NCBI GenBank assembly: GCA_030141605.1 | Contig: JAQGDQ010000309.1 | Location: forward strand, 1-64,000 | Length of the DNA stretch: 64,000 nucleotides | DNA from: Tubiluchus corallicola | Taxonomy: Eukaryota; Animalia; Priapulida | Reading direction: 5' to 3' | In this document: piece after piece, positions 12,601 to 61,964 of the stretch | How positions within the stretch are numbered: position 1 is the stretch's first letter | Layout: each line of letters begins with the position of its first letter | Program-made: the position numbers and the translations under genes | The notes under the pieces: model-generated | Database searches by the model: none | Told to the model about the DNA's origin: nothing | Seen by the model: only the letters and a program-made list of their open reading frames with translations

Positions 12601-15600
12601 CTATCGCCTACTAGGGTTTCTAACAGCTGAAACTATATACAGGTTTTGAAGTTCTTTTTCACGGGACTAAATTGACTTACATTTGTTAAGTGGGGGGGGG
12701 CTGTGGACTAAGGGGGGGGCGTCAAAGTTCGGCAGGTGCGTTTGCAAAATATGATCTTCAGTGAAAAGTGTGCAAATACCCAGAGAATCATATCGTTTGT
12801 AAGAGTGAAGTTTAAATAAATTTTGGAATTTGGTGGAAGGGATTGGGAACGTGCATCAGAGATGTAAATTAGACGGAATGTGGAAACTGTGTTAACTTGC
12901 ACACAGTAATACGTTTTTTTTAAATCAGCCCACAAGAAAAATCAAAATAGCTATGGTTAGGCAAACATTTGACTATCTGTGTGTGGCTGTGGGATGAGCG
13001 ATGAAATTGAGAAATTTGATGATGATATGAAGAAATCTGAAGGTAAAATAGCTAAGACATAGGTAGAACACAGGTGAGTTTATTCATACAAATCAGTTAG
13101 TCATACAAATTATTCACAGCACATGTTTATTCCAAGATCTCTGAAAGCCAACTGACCAGGTAAGTTTTCTATGAAGCAAGGAAGCCAGCAATTCTATGAA
13201 AGGTAAATGTTATGCATACTACATAGTTCAAGGATGAAAGTTTAGACTGTATATGAAGAAATAGACTTATATTACAGCTGAAATTTCTTGTATGGGATTT
13301 TTTAATGTTTTAACCACAGAATGCAATAAAATGACATAATGAATAAAAAATAATGACGTATGACATAATAATAAAAAATAATGACATATGACATCGTGAG
13401 CTTCACGACAGTAGGTGTGTGTACCAGTAAGTACAAAGTAGGTGTTGTAGTATATCATTTAAAAGTTTGCAGGAACAGGAACTGAGCTGTCTTGCTTAGA
13501 AACAACGGCAGCATTTGGTGAGATGGGTGTAGAGAGGAGAAAAATACATTGTATATTATATTTATTATATTAGTTGGAATTTTGTAATTAAAATTGGTCA
13601 CGTGCATTAAACGACCCAAGGTTAGAGGTCATTTGAAAAGACCTCTAAGTGGTCAAAAGAGAAAAAGAGGAGATTACAGGATTTATTCATTGAACTAGCA
13701 TCAACCGAGGTAATCACAAATGCTGAATTTCACGATATGGTTTTTGTACGCCATTTTCATCCTACGGGAATTGTGGTATACTAACACAAAATAATGTTCC
13801 CAAGATAGTACATAAACAATTATTAGTTATTGATATTTCTTAAGGGTCTGCAACTAAAGCAGCTAATATCATAAGCAGATGACATTCAGCTGCGCTAATA
13901 ATATTTTGCCTGGTAACATAACAAATAACAGATCTAGATTGTTATATTTTAAATTAGCTATTAGAATTGTACAGGAGACGGCTTTTGAGAAACCCAGAAA
14001 CAGCAGAACTAGTTTACTTACCATTTTTGCTCTTTGTCTAAAGTTTACACAGTTAAGACATTGGAAATTTGCATCCAAATTAAGAGCACCAAACTGGGCT
14101 GAGGGAAATTCTGGTAGGCCTAACTAAGAAATTGCCCCCATTTTCTCCCTATTTCCCCCAAATTGTCCCAATTACCCCAACGCTACGCCACTGACATTTC
14201 CCCTCAGAAACTTAAAATTATTAAGACTAGACAGTTAGTCTTGATATGGAACTAAGAAAACGTCCAAAAATAATCATTATTGTTATCATCTTTACTACCA
14301 CTATCATTATTATCATTCCTATGTCTAAATTTTAATCGCATAGTTTTTTTAATTTATACCAATAACTTTATTATTAAAATTTTCGTTTCTGAAAGCAATT
14401 ATGATATGTGTAATACCTTCGTGTTATTTCTGACAACTCAGCATATATTGTCTCGTTTGCTTCTAAAAGGTTATTAATGATAGCAAATGCTTTCTTTGAA
14501 CTGTTTGTATCACCGACTGTCTCGCCAAGTACATCTTCCAGATCATTTATATAATCCTCAATGTCATCCTTTGTCAGGTTTCTCCCATTCTCGGTTTTGT
14601 TTAGCAGATCATCTATTATCTCATCTGGATCTTTAGTTGTACCAGTTTCCGTAACTGTAGTAAACTGTTCAGTTGTGGTATTTGTTTCCACCACCGTTGT
14701 GTTTCCTGGCTCTGTAACAACTGTGGTCGTGTATTTGACAGTGTCTGTTGTGTCACATCGCCGTGTTGTCATGTCTTTGGTAATGTCCGGAGAGTTACTT
14801 GCCTCTGTAACAGTTGTGGTCATTTCTTTAGTAGTGTCAGTTGTGCTATCTGTCTCCACCACCGTTGTGTTTCCTGGTTCTGTAGCTGCTGATGTCATGT
14901 CTTCAGTGGTGCCCGTAGAGATGACCGTCCCTGTAACAGTCGTCATCGTTTCTTTGGTAGTGTCAACAGTTGTGCTATCTGTCTCCACCACCGTTGTGTT
15001 TCCTGGTTCTGTAACTGCTGATGTCATGTCTTCAGTGGTGCCCGTAGAGCTGACCGTCTCTGTAACAGATGCGATCGTTTCTTTGGTAGTGTCAACAGTT
15101 GTGCTATCTGTCTCCACCACCGTTGTGTTTCCTGGTTCTGAAACTGCTGATGTCATGTCTTCAGTGGTGCCCGTAGAGTTGACTGTCTCTGTAACAGTTG
15201 TCATCGTTTCTTTGGTAGTGTCAGCCGTTGTGCTATCTGTCTCCACCACCGTTGTGTTTCCTGGTTCTGTAACTGCTGATGTCATGTCTTTAGTGGTGCC
15301 CGTAGAGCTGACTGTCTCTGTAACAGTCGTCATCGTTTCTTTGGTAGTGTCAACAGTTGTGCTATCTGTCTCCACCACTGTTGTGTTTCCTGGTTCTGTA
15401 ACTGCTGATGTCATGTCTTCAGTGGTGCCCGTAGAGTTGACTGTCTCTGTAACAGTTGCGATCGTTTCTTTGGTAGTGTCAACAGTTGTGCTATCTGTCT
15501 CCACCACCGTTGTGTTTCCTGGTTCTGTAACTGCTGATGTCATGTCTTCAGTGGTGCCCGTAGAGTTGACTGTCTCTGTAACAGTTGCGATCGTTTCTTT

Positions 15601-16429
15601 GGTAGTGTCAACAGTTGTGCTATCTGTCTCCACCACCGTTGTGTTTCCTGGTTCTGTAACTGCTGATGTCATGTCATCGGTGGAGTTAACTGCCTCATTT
15701 GCCATATCTGCACTATCAGTTGATGGTTCCAATGTCACACCTGCAAAACAGTAACTACTTTATTCTACCATTGTCTTTGTTATTTTATCAAGGGCCACAG
15801 TTAATTTATGTACGTACATGAACACTTTCTTCAGTAACAATAAGGCCTAGCCATTGTGGACATCAAATGCGGAATTACTTCTTCTGTTACGTCTTATACA
15901 AAGTTACAATGAAAGAAACACTGCGTAGCATACTGTTTTCAAGTTTGCAATTTACATTTATCAACACTCATTTTGTCTGCATGTTTCAGTTATTATAAAG
16001 GCTTTTCGTTAGAATACTGTTACACATATAATTGTAAAATTGAAAATTATAAACATGTTTGAAAATAACAAAAAGTTTGTCTGCATTTTATTGCTCTCAA
16101 TAATAAGAAAAACTGGAATCCAGTAATGTTTAAAGATTTTGTGTCAAGACTATAAACTGTAAACACTTGGCGGATGAGCCCCAGTTGATTTAGTTCTTAC
16201 ACCAAAGTTTACGGAATCTGTCGTAAATTTATAAGCTTGCACAGTTTTGAAATTCCTTTACACCTACTTTAGAATGTACATCATATTTTATTCAACTTGG
16301 AAGAGGCATAAAATTCGCTATATTATAAATTATAAAATTATAAAAATTTAAGCTAAAGTAACAAAAAAACTGATACATACCCATAGCACAAAAACCAATA
16401 ATAACAAACAGCGAAGGCGGTAACAACAT
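588..16429 (-). CDS. Adhesion GPCR (mucin-like stalk, GAIN/GPS, secretin-like 7TM), 3' partial; coding exons 16429-16381, 15740-14417, 12280-12097, 9961-9685, 8261-8161, 6115-6000, 5341-5046, 684-588
   Basis: All introns are GT-AG with matching phases, giving about 814 continuous codons. Signal peptide MLLPPSLFVIIGFCAMG; GPS CSFW..W..TCMSTHL|SSF; TM1 IITIIGCTLSILGLVLTIITY; TM2 ILLNLCISMLIMNVVFL; TM3 AHYFLLTTLLWMSVEALNMY (aGPCR HYF..WM..EA motif); TM4 YGLPALIV. TM5-7 lie outside the window. Confidence 0.93.
1010..1240 (+). mobile_element. Degenerate RTE-like LINE 3' fragment
   Basis: SWSKQIKVRTLHWIGHTLR matches the RTE ORF2 C-terminal WxGHxLR motif. Confidence 0.55.
1333..4978. repeat. GC-rich intronic minisatellite with 48/54-bp units
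   Basis: Unit ggcatcaacaggtggaacgtgcatcgtggg(cagtgg)1-3acaggaatgcct. Confidence 0.97.
5046..5341 (-). CDS. aGPCR exon 7 (TM2-TM3, start of TM4)
   Basis: KILLNLCISML; CCAVGVLAHYFLLTTLLWMSVEALNMY; G|GTAAG. Confidence 0.95.
5395..5770. mobile_element. MITE with TIRs of about 50 bp
   Basis: tttaaa..atactaagaccatgatggtaaagtttcagca mirrored at 5730-5770; same family as the core of 27504-27962. Confidence 0.75.
6000..6115 (-). CDS. aGPCR exon 6 (TM1)
   Basis: ttcag|GCA; ALKIITIIGCTLSILGLVLTIITYTAF; AA|GTAAG. Confidence 0.93.
7595..8075 (+). mobile_element. CR1/L2-group LINE 3' end
   Basis: HNYGTR..NVRKFSIKYNGCYIWNSIAPAIKNANSLSIFKK followed by an AT-rich 3' UTR with AATAAA. Confidence 0.75.
8161..8261 (-). 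CDS. aGPCR exon 5 (GPS cleavage motif)
   Basis: EAKWSTKYV...TTCMSTHLSSFGNVF|GTATGT. Confidence 0.92.
9685..9961 (-). CDS. aGPCR exon 4 (GAIN beta subdomain, GPS start)
   Basis: VRVGFVVYENAKFF...NLTDPVVYTL...CSFWNET; splice phases 0 and 1 fit. Confidence 0.92.
10458..11968. repeat. Minisatellite, 67-68 bp, about 22 copies
   Basis: attctcaataaacctaaaagggatgaagttgaactcaaaatcaaaatgcattttaattcttgttgttg. Confidence 0.97.
12097..12280 (-). CDS. aGPCR exon 3 (GAIN)
   Basis: cttttcag|A ... CAG|GTAATA; 184 nt; IRTNVDTLVTQMRIPPNETSLNIELENIELQIR. Confidence 0.85.
14417..15740 (-). CDS. aGPCR exon 2: Thr-rich stalk with 43-aa repeats and start of the GAIN helical subdomain
   Basis: ORF 14374..15738; acceptor ttttgcag|GT, donor AAG|GTATTA; PDEIIDDLLN...AIINNLL helical segment. 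Confidence 0.9.
14690..15680 (-). repeat. Coding tandem repeat, 129 bp / 43 aa, 7 copies plus a degenerate one
   Basis: DMTSAVTEPGNTTVVETDSTTVDTTKET..TVTETV.STGTTE. Confidence 0.95.
16381..16429 (-). CDS. aGPCR first coding exon, signal peptide
   Basis: ATG..ATGG|GTATGT donor; hydrophobic MLLPPSLFVIIGFCAM; phase 1 joins the acceptor at 15740. Confidence 0.75.
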
Positions 16430-16689
16430 TGTTTCTTCAGTTTAAGATGATTTATTTCTCGAGTGAAACAACTCTAAAATGTACAAGGCTTTAATAACTA
16501 ACATATTAATCTTTTTATGATTACACACTAATAATTAACAGCGCTTCTTAATTTGCTTGAAATAAAAAAAATATTTTATGCCTTATATGTGTAAAAACAC
16601 GTAAAAACTACTCTTACGTCTTTATACTATTTCATGACTAATTTGGCGAATTCGTCCTGACTCATCGCCACTATACGATCTACGTGGAC

Positions 16690-16900
16690 ATTCGATGAAA
16701 CTGTTACAGGGGTTCTACTCCTGTGTTACAGAGGTACTGACATAAATGATCACTTTTTCACTGAAAGAGTTATTCCCTGCTGGAATGCCTTGCCAGACGA
16801 TGTGGTTAGTCTAACCCAAATGTTAGTATTTTCGAAAGCAAATTGAGGAATCGGCGTGAAAGCCATGTGGCCATCTGAATTATCAAGTTTGATACATCTT
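16690..16900 (+). mobile_element. CR1 LINE 3' fragment
   Basis: HFFTERVIPCWNALPDDVV motif. Confidence 0.65.
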
Positions 16901-17260
16901 TTACTATTAAGACTAATATTTTTTTCTATCTTGTTCTGCGCATGAAGCTTGTTCCAAACATGAAATGTTAGCAGGTTGTCTTTTTAATACAGAGCGTCTG
17001 CTGGAGCTACAAACTAACTATTGCAGTGGTCCACTCAGTTACAAGAAACAGAATCATGTCAACGTGCTGTTCGTGAAAAAAATAAGGAAATGTCTGCCAG
17101 CACTTTGTAGCTGTCTCGCTTATTGTTCCTACACGCATTTACCTCGCATTCAAGCCTGCTAGCTTGAGTTTAATGTCTTAGTAAGATAGTAATATTCTAC
17201 GAAGGCCTCCAATAGACAATTGTTTAATGCTTTCTGCACTACGTTTTACTGCATGCCGAC

Positions 17261-17636
17261 TTGAGACATTTTTATTCTTACAATCTTAGCAAACTCAAGG
17301 TTGCATATAATGTATCAACACGGAAGCTGTTTAACTTTTCATATTATACGAGCGCCAGATATATTTCTACTAGACTTAATATTATTTATTTTGATGTGAT
17401 TCACAGAAAATGTGCATACAGTTTACACGTCAGGCTGAATAAGAGTGAACATTTTATATGCAATAACATTTTAAACAGTGATGCAAACTTTACTTCTGTA
17501 ATTAGACGTCATTGGCGTAGTCTGTTATGTTAATTGTTATTTGGGTTATTCTTGTGTGTCATGATTTATTGTATTAATTTGTGATGTGTATATGAACTTT
17601 GTAAAGTTTGAAATAAAATATTAAATCAAATCAAAA
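17261..17636 (+). mobile_element. LINE ORF2 3' end with (ATCAA)n tail
   Basis: KLKVAYN..RKL..RKCAYSL..RL..S..W pattern, then AATAAA and aatcaaatcaaa. Confidence 0.6.
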
Positions 17637-17809
17637 TGAATATTATAATTCCAGGAATATTTTGATGTTTTGAATACGAAAGTTTCCACGGTCTTCCACG
17701 GATTTATTCTTAGAAATTGGATAATCAGACGAATTCACTCAGTATACAAGAAAGTAGTCCGTGTTCTACAGAAAACGTCAGAAAGACTGAAATGTCAAAA
17801 ACGCAAAAG

Positions 17810-18312
17810 ACTGAACAAATAAAACTGTTGGGTTACCACATGGAAAAAAGCTTTAAAAAGTAATCGAAACGCCTGTGAATACCTACTTTATTGTCAGTAG
17901 TTCTTGTTTTTTCACTGTTTCAAACTGGAACGGCTGAACATTGAACAAACAAAATGGTGGGTTTCCACATGGAAAAAAGCTTTAATAAAGTAATCGAAAG
18001 TCCTGTGAATACCTACTTTATTGTCAGTAGTTCTTGTTTTTTTACTGTTTCAAACTCGAACGACTGAACATTGAACAAACAAAATGCTGGGTTACCACAT
18101 GGAAAAAAGCTTTAAAAAGTAATCGAAAGTCCTGTGAATACCTACTTTATTGTCAGTAGTTCTTGTTTTTTTACTGTTTCAAACTCGAACGGCTGAACAT
18201 TGAACAAACAAAATGCTGGGTTACCACATGGAAAAAAGCTTTAATAAAGTAATCGAAAGGCCTGTCAATACATACTTTAATGTCAAAAATTCACGTTTTT
18301 TTACTGTTTCAA
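17810..18312. repeat. Tandem repeat, about 129-130 bp, about 4 copies
   Basis: ggttaccacatggaaaaaagcttt at 17831, 17960, 18090 and 18219. Confidence 0.9.
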
Positions 18313-18828
18313 TTCGTTCAACACAGAATTTCACCAAAGATTAACGAACAAGACAAGCACTGGTTCACTCGGTAGAATCTACACATGCACACGTATATAA
18401 CCTCAACATGGAATAACACACTCTTCAGACTGACTGACAACTTCTGTAAACTAGGGCGGCGTCCGTAACTTCACACACAAATTTTATGGGCAAATTTTAC
18501 ATAGATTAAAATATACTGCCAGCTCCAGTCTTAGCAAATAAACGTAACAAAAATATGTACTTAATATACTTATAAAGTGCAACTCAGCAAGTTTTGGTAA
18601 TGAAATAAACGAATAAAGAATGCTTCACTGTTATGCGTTCAAACGTCAAAATATAAAAACTGGGACAGTGTCTACAAAGTAAACTGAGTTTGTTTCCTTT
18701 TGGGAAAGTTTAAAATTTTGCGTAAATTCTCACATGACTGACTCATTCGTGTCAACTTGCTATTCAAATGTTCACTTTGATTTTCCATTTTGAGTATCAA
18801 AAATTTGCAATTTTCTCCTTTTCATTAA

Positions 18829-19286
18829 CCCTTTCAGTCCCAAATTATTTTTTAATAAGAAAAAAATTTTGGCTTGGTACTTTTGTTCAGTATTTCCATC
18901 TTGTTTGCACATAATAATTATTTTTTTCTACCTGTGCCCGCGTGCTAAATATAGCCTGTATGCCACGGGATACATTGGGATTCAATGGAAGTATAAAATG
19001 TGCTTCATTTTGCAACTGCTTATAATTTTTTAAAGTATTTAAGACATTTAGTATGCACGCTATGCTGATCTGTACAAAGTCGTCTCTAAAGTACTGTACA
19101 TTGCGCAGTTTTTGTGCTACGTAGATTTTTTTAATTTGCCATTTTATCACCATTTTTAGTCTATTGTTATTGGCTTAAATCAAAATAACTATTAACAGAT
19201 CAAATAACTGTCAGTTTTAAAATTTTATTAATTTTAAAGGCAGAAAATATTCTCGTATCCCACGGGATACAACGGGTATGAAAGGG
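18829..19286. mobile_element. piggyBac-like non-autonomous element (MITE)
   Basis: TTAA TSD on both sides; TIRs CCCTTTCAGTCCC / GGGTATGAAAGGG. Confidence 0.8.
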
Positions 19287-19991
19287 TTAACTAGTACGCC
19301 TAGTTATTAATAGAATATAATTAATATCCCATTAATATGCTACCTAAAAAAATTCTTGTAATTCGAAAGTTGAATTTCATTACATTTTTGTACATTAAAA
19401 TTTAAATGAGATCTCTAATTATTGAATTAATAATTAAAATATAGCAGTTAAAATATATAATTTCCAGGATAAATTTGTCGAAAATTTCAATGTTATTTCT
19501 AACACTGTGTACTTGAACTTTGAAAATGGAACACATTTTGTAATACAAGAAAACATAGTACCGCAACACATCCAGGTCCAGCGTGGATCCGTCTCGGGAT
19601 GTAGAGAGCGGCATACAGTGATAAAATTTCACAGCTGACGAGAAAAATTAAAAGATCCAGATTACGAGTGTAAAGTAAAGTTTATTGCATAACCAGTAGC
19701 TCAAAATCTTCAAAAAGAATGACATGTGAACAGACTTTTGCATAAACATTGGCAGCTAACAGCATTCGCTTTTACAGACAGAGGGGCCACGTTGAAATCT
19801 CCGAATTACCACATGCATTCTGTTTTATACGCGTACATTGGCACTAATGGGCTTCTCAATCATACACATTACAAAACTGTTGGGGGTAGGTCAAAACCTG
19901 CCTTCGAAACAGTATCATATAATTGTAATATTTAACTAGTGTGAATACGATTTATTATTATTAATACATTAATAAATATCTATCATAATTA

Positions 19992-20290
<299 letters not shown>

Positions 20291-21138
20291 ATTATTAATC
20301 CATGACAAACACAAAGCTTATGACAAAAACAACAAGAGTAAAGAAATAAAATATAAGAGTAATATCATTAACTTCTTGCTTCTGCAAGTTATTATGTGAT
20401 ACGTAAGTTTACCTGTCATGGATGCTGTTGTTCTTACATTGGTCAGACAAATCCACAGTTGAGAGCATCATCATTAAGCATATACACATTGGTGGAAACG
20501 TTTCCAACAGAAGCTAATAGCACTGAAATACTTTATTGCAACAAAATCAGCACAGAAATGTCCCACATTAAGTAGATTAACTTGACTGTTTACAGCACAG
20601 GTAAAGAACAGATAGATGACTGACATGTAAATGCCTGAAAGCTGCCTTGAAACTAAAAGTTTTACATTACTACCGCAGATGGCGCCACATACATGAATTT
20701 TAACAAAAAATTGCAGCCTGCTAAGTCTGTAATTTGTGTAACATGTAGATGCACATGGACGTATACACGATGTTAATATTTTACCATAATTTTCTTTTTC
20801 AGTTTAGTGTTGTTTTCGTTTTGAATTGCACATACGTGGGGGTACCATAATCTTTTCGGTGCTTAGGAGCCTCTTGAAGTTATAATCCAGCCCTGCGAGC
20901 CAAAATCAGAACTTGATCTGACAAAGTGTTATTCGTGTACGTCACGTGACACGGCAGATACATTACTACGCAATACTACAAATCCAGCGTAAAAACTGCA
21001 TGTATAAATAACAATAAATGAAACCATCATGGGTTGGACACTTGACACAGACTGACCTATTTCGTAAAAACATTATAGCGTCAATTACTGGTCTTGTCCT
21101 TTAGCTAAAGTTTATGTTCCATGTACTATGCCCAATCT

Positions 21139-21140
<2 letters not shown>

Positions 21141-21208
<68 letters not shown>
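21141..21208. repeat. (CT)n microsatellite
   Basis: Direct inspection. Confidence 0.97.
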
Positions 21209-21213
<5 letters not shown>

Positions 21214-22460
21214 TGTTATTTGTGTCTGATTCAACGTCATCACTAAACTAATAAAATATTGCATAATTACTACAAATACAGTAGCTACTTTTAATTTATT
21301 TAACTACGTTTCGACGCAGCCTTACAGACGTATACATGTACCACATAGGCTTACGCCTTTTTCATGCGCCAACAAGAATTTTGTGAGTCATGTATGTGTC
21401 TTTGCTCTTTATTTAGTGCAGAAACGAACTTTTTGTATGTTATTTTATCAAGGCGACAGACAACGTTTTTTCAGCATTAAACAGTGCAAGCACGTTTGGC
21501 TCTAGCCTCCTTTGGGAGCCAACTGTTGCTAACACAAACTCCAATCAATTGTTTTAATTCATTATCAGACAAGTTATATCATAGAGACATCCACCCATGA
21601 TCATAATTTTCTCATGTCGCATAGACAGATCATGTTCTGACGCGTTGATTCTGGTAGTAATTCATAGATAGGCTTGGTCACATAACTGCTCATTTTTATG
21701 CATAATTCATAGATGCATTGTAGCTATAGGAATAAACAATTTTATTGCCCTGGTTACTTGTAACTGTTATCATATAAGGTCTGGGTTTAACCGAGCTCAA
21801 TGTTATTGTGTTCGTTTGCACTATACTGGAGATTCTATTCACAAACATATTCTTCAAGGTAAGAAACCATTTTTTGTTCTTATTTTTCGTGTGCATTAGA
21901 CAACATAAAAAACTTTAGACTTTTTTCTAATTTTACTAAATGTAAGTGAAATATCAAATTTTATAGATTAAAAAACAAGGAAAATAATAACTCAGTCGCG
22001 GCTAGGATAAACACTGTGGTCATCAGATCTAGATTTGCTTCATAATTACCTAATTTCTAAAAACAGGCAAACAGTTAAAATAATTATAATATTAAATGGC
22101 AAATTATATTATACATTCTTCATGAAAAATGATTCAGGATAAGTTGGCCTAAGTCTTGGTACATATGCAAAGCAGGTTACATTTAAATTTTGATAGATAC
22201 AATTTTCTTCGTTTATTGCAATCTGAAATTGAACAAAACGAGACTTACTTTCTAACATACGCGTACGCAAGGAAATTTCACAAGAGAGGCATAAGGAATT
22301 TGTCCTGAAAATTTCGAAAAAAATGCATAAAAAGTGTCTAAAAACACAGTATTTATTCTTATGGGTCTGAAAGTGCTAAACATGCAAGTACTTTCAGATA
22401 TACCTTTTCTAACGTTTTAGAAATTCAAAATAAATCATAGTGATAGTTTATGTTTTCCTT

Positions 22461-22876
22461 TCTGTTGCCTTGCCAATACATTGAAGAGCATGTCTATTGC
22501 CTTGCCAGTACATTGAAGAGCACACATATTGCCTTGCTAGTACATTGAAGAGCATGTCTGTTGCCTTGCCAGTACATTTACGAACGTGTCTATTGCCTCG
22601 CCAGTACATTGAAGAGCATGTCTATTGCCTTGCTAGTACCTTGAAGAGCATGTCTATTGCCTTGCCAGTGCATTGAAGAGCATATCTATTGCCTCGCCAG
22701 TACATTGAAGAGCATGTCTATTGTCTTGCTAGTACATTGAAGAGCATGTCCATTGCCTTCCCAGTACATTGAAGAGCATGTCTATTGCCTTGCCAGTACA
22801 TTGAAGGGCATGTCTATTGCCTTGCCAGTAGATTGAAGAGCATGTCTATTGCCTTGCCAGTACATTGATGGACATG
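22461..22876. repeat. Minisatellite, 32 bp, about 13 copies
   Basis: tctattgccttgccagtacattgaagagcatg. Confidence 0.95.
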
Positions 22877-23346
22877 TATTTAAAAGTGTATAAAGAACCT
22901 ATGAGATTTAGTGAACTTCAAAAATCATTAAAAGTTAAAAACAATTTGCCATACAATAAACACTTTAACTGCAACCAGTAAAAATGTAATGCTGTACATG
23001 AACAATTTTTGAAAATAAAAACTTAAATTTCGAAATTTTAAAACAAAATTGTTTGCTCTGAAAATAACAAGTTTTTACCCTGAAAATGTACAATTCATTT
23101 TTCCTTTGGGGGGCAAGCGTCCCCCTGACCCCCCGGCTGGTATGCCTTCTAACCAGGCAATAATTCTTGGTATCAAAAACTGGCGAAATTAACTAACTAA
23201 GAATCGCATAAAAATCACAGTCATATTAGACGATTGAACCAAACAATTGTTAAGTAATTAATCACATTTTTTATTTTCAGTAAGAGCTGAGTGCAAAGGC
23301 TGAGAAATCGGTTGGTATTATCTGCAGTTAACGTGCAAAAGTAGCG

Positions 23347-59648
<36,302 letters not shown>

Positions 59649-60551
59649 GTGAGTATTAAGTAGCGTTATTGAAAAATATACCCCACTGATTCCTTTTCAA
59701 CCAGTTAATTTGAACCACCTTGTGGCTGGCATCTACCTGTATAACATATTTATAACTTTACGATTTTATATTACAAAAATAGCAATACGTGAAAGCGAAA
59801 TGTCAAGAAGTATCAACGTCGGAATTTATAGTTTTACACATATTCAAAAACACCAATAGCAATATGTTTCAGCAAGTGCGAGTAACTGGAAAGGTTTTTG
59901 TTACCTGAAAACTACGTTATATTTTAGTCTGGTTTTAGCTATGTTATTTCTATTGGCTAATTGACTTTGTCCTTTCAGCCATTCATTGAACCTTGTCACT
60001 TCTAACACTCATACGAGTTTCTAACTTCCATTTTCTGACCAAAGGACATGCCACTTTTGTTGACTCATAGAACATTGTCACATTCACCACATGAATATCT
60101 TGCCTAAACCTCAAAACCTTATTTCGTTAACTGTAGAACCTTGTAGCTTCTTCTGTCCCAAATACCTGCATATCACATTAGAGACTATAATTACTTTTAG
60201 AATGCCTTAACACACAATACTGACAGCATATAACAATGGTAGCAAATTCCTCTTCCCACATATTAGCTTACTTGCAGAACATTTAAAGACTAAATGCTTA
60301 ATGGTAGTGCGCTAATGTACTGAGCTAACTCAACACAGTGCCCAACAATGCTAGCAAGTTCCTCTTAATATTTGACTGAATTCGAACCAGGGGGTCGAAC
60401 TCCAAGATGGCATGGCGGTCTTGATATTGCGCATCATGAAGTTCCCTTTTATAATCGTTGTGTAACCGATACTTAATTACAAATGTTAATGTTAATTACA
60501 AATGTTATGTTAATTAGCTAAATTAATGTCTGTAAACAAGTACCTTATACC

Positions 60552-60902
60552 TGTTATAGCGTGTCATCTAACTCTCATAAAACAAAATACACAAAAACTA
60601 CACTGTACGGAGTTTATTAACAGCACTAATAAAAATAAGGAACCAAAATACACATGCACAAAAAAATAACTAACTAACTCAGTAACAGCACTACACCCGA
60701 GGAGCACCTGTGTCAGAAATCCCAGGCTGTAGTGACCTCTACACGCTTTTATACTGGCATTCCAGGTCAGCTGGCTTCTCACACCACGTGTAGGCCCAAA
60801 CAAGACGTCTGTACCTACAAGAAAGGGGTGAGTCGCTGCTGACGTGGAAGCAGGGCGTGTAGAGGGCCCTACACCTGACCCGACACAGGTACCTCCGTAA
60901 CA
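60552..60902 (-). mobile_element. Probable solo LTR, third family
   Basis: Minus strand TGTTACGG...TATAACA with TATAAAAG then AATAAA in the expected order; no clean TSD. Confidence 0.6.
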
Positions 60903-61288
60903 ATATTTTATTTCACTATTTTATCTCACTAATATACCGAGCATTCATTTTTATTAGAGTCAGGGCCGGATTAACTCATAAGCAAACTAAACACGTGCTT
61001 GGCACATCAACGCTCAGGGGTCACCAAGCTGGCAAAAAATAAATTAAAAACAGATAAAAACAAATATTAAACAGATAGTAAAAATTTAACAAAGAATGTT
61101 AAAGAAGATTATGAAAGTCTTACACAGTTCAAAATGTGACATGGAGAATGATTCATTTTTGCTGCTAGGATGATTCATAATTTTTTGTGGCTGATTCGTT
61201 TAATTAAAATTTCATTTGAAGTCAATAAAGAATTTAAGTTACATAAACACTATAAGCCTACAGAGCAATGGAGTTTGTTATATAATAT

Positions 61289-61673
61289 TGTGATGCCGTC
61301 TATGATAGCGAGGATACATAATTAACTAAGGAAAATTATAAAAAAAAGAAAAGAAAGAAAAACAGTAAAATGAAACACTTAACAACCTATTATAGCTGAC
61401 ACTTACGCGTTGAGTCGAGATGCAAACCAAAGGGTTAAACCAAAAATTACTGAATCACGACTGACTTAATAACAGCAACCAAGAAGAGAAAAACAAAATG
61501 AAACCGAAGCCGAACATGGCCGAGAACGCACTGCCCTCGAATCTACGAGAACAGGTTGTACGCTCGAGAAAATTGGCCTAGAAAACTGAGCTCTGATTGG
61601 CCCAGCCAATTTTACATTCAATACACTACATTTTCACGAAGCCCGTGACGATTTGATTCTGCGACCCGCTACA
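61289..61673 (-). mobile_element. Solo LTR of the same family as 37056-37439
   Basis: Collinear over about 385 bp with few differences; TG..CA ends; flanks ATAT / ATGT. Confidence 0.92.
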
Positions 61674-61964
61674 ATGTCGTATAGTTTGTATCGCATGATA
61701 CGTATGCTTTGAACCGCTAAACGTGCTCTCGGTCATACAATGGAAGTTAGAAAATCGTAAGGGTGTTAGAAGTGACAAATTCAATAAATGGCTGAAAGTC
61801 CTTTAACCAATAGAAATAATATAGCTAAGACCAGACTGAAATACACACATCATCCACAATGCTAAGCAGTTCCTCTTCACATCCCATGCTTCTGTTTATT
61901 TCATAGTATTCATAAATAAATATTTGGTAATGCAGCACTTACATACTGAACTTGATGACCAACT

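Larger units (their letters stand above)
59921..61842. mobile_element. Inverted repeat pair of about 120 bp enclosing 1.9 kb that includes two LTRs
   Basis: 59921-60035 is the reverse complement of 61738-61842 (attttagtctggttttagctatgttatttctattgg / ccaatagaaataatatagctaagaccagactgaaat). Confidence 0.6.

Noticed and set aside
14561-15754. 397-aa Val/Ser-rich ORF on the + strand
   Set aside because: Antisense shadow of the aGPCR repeat exon.
17810-18312. 129-bp period equal to that of the aGPCR coding repeat
   Set aside because: No sequence similarity between the two; the equal length is coincidental.
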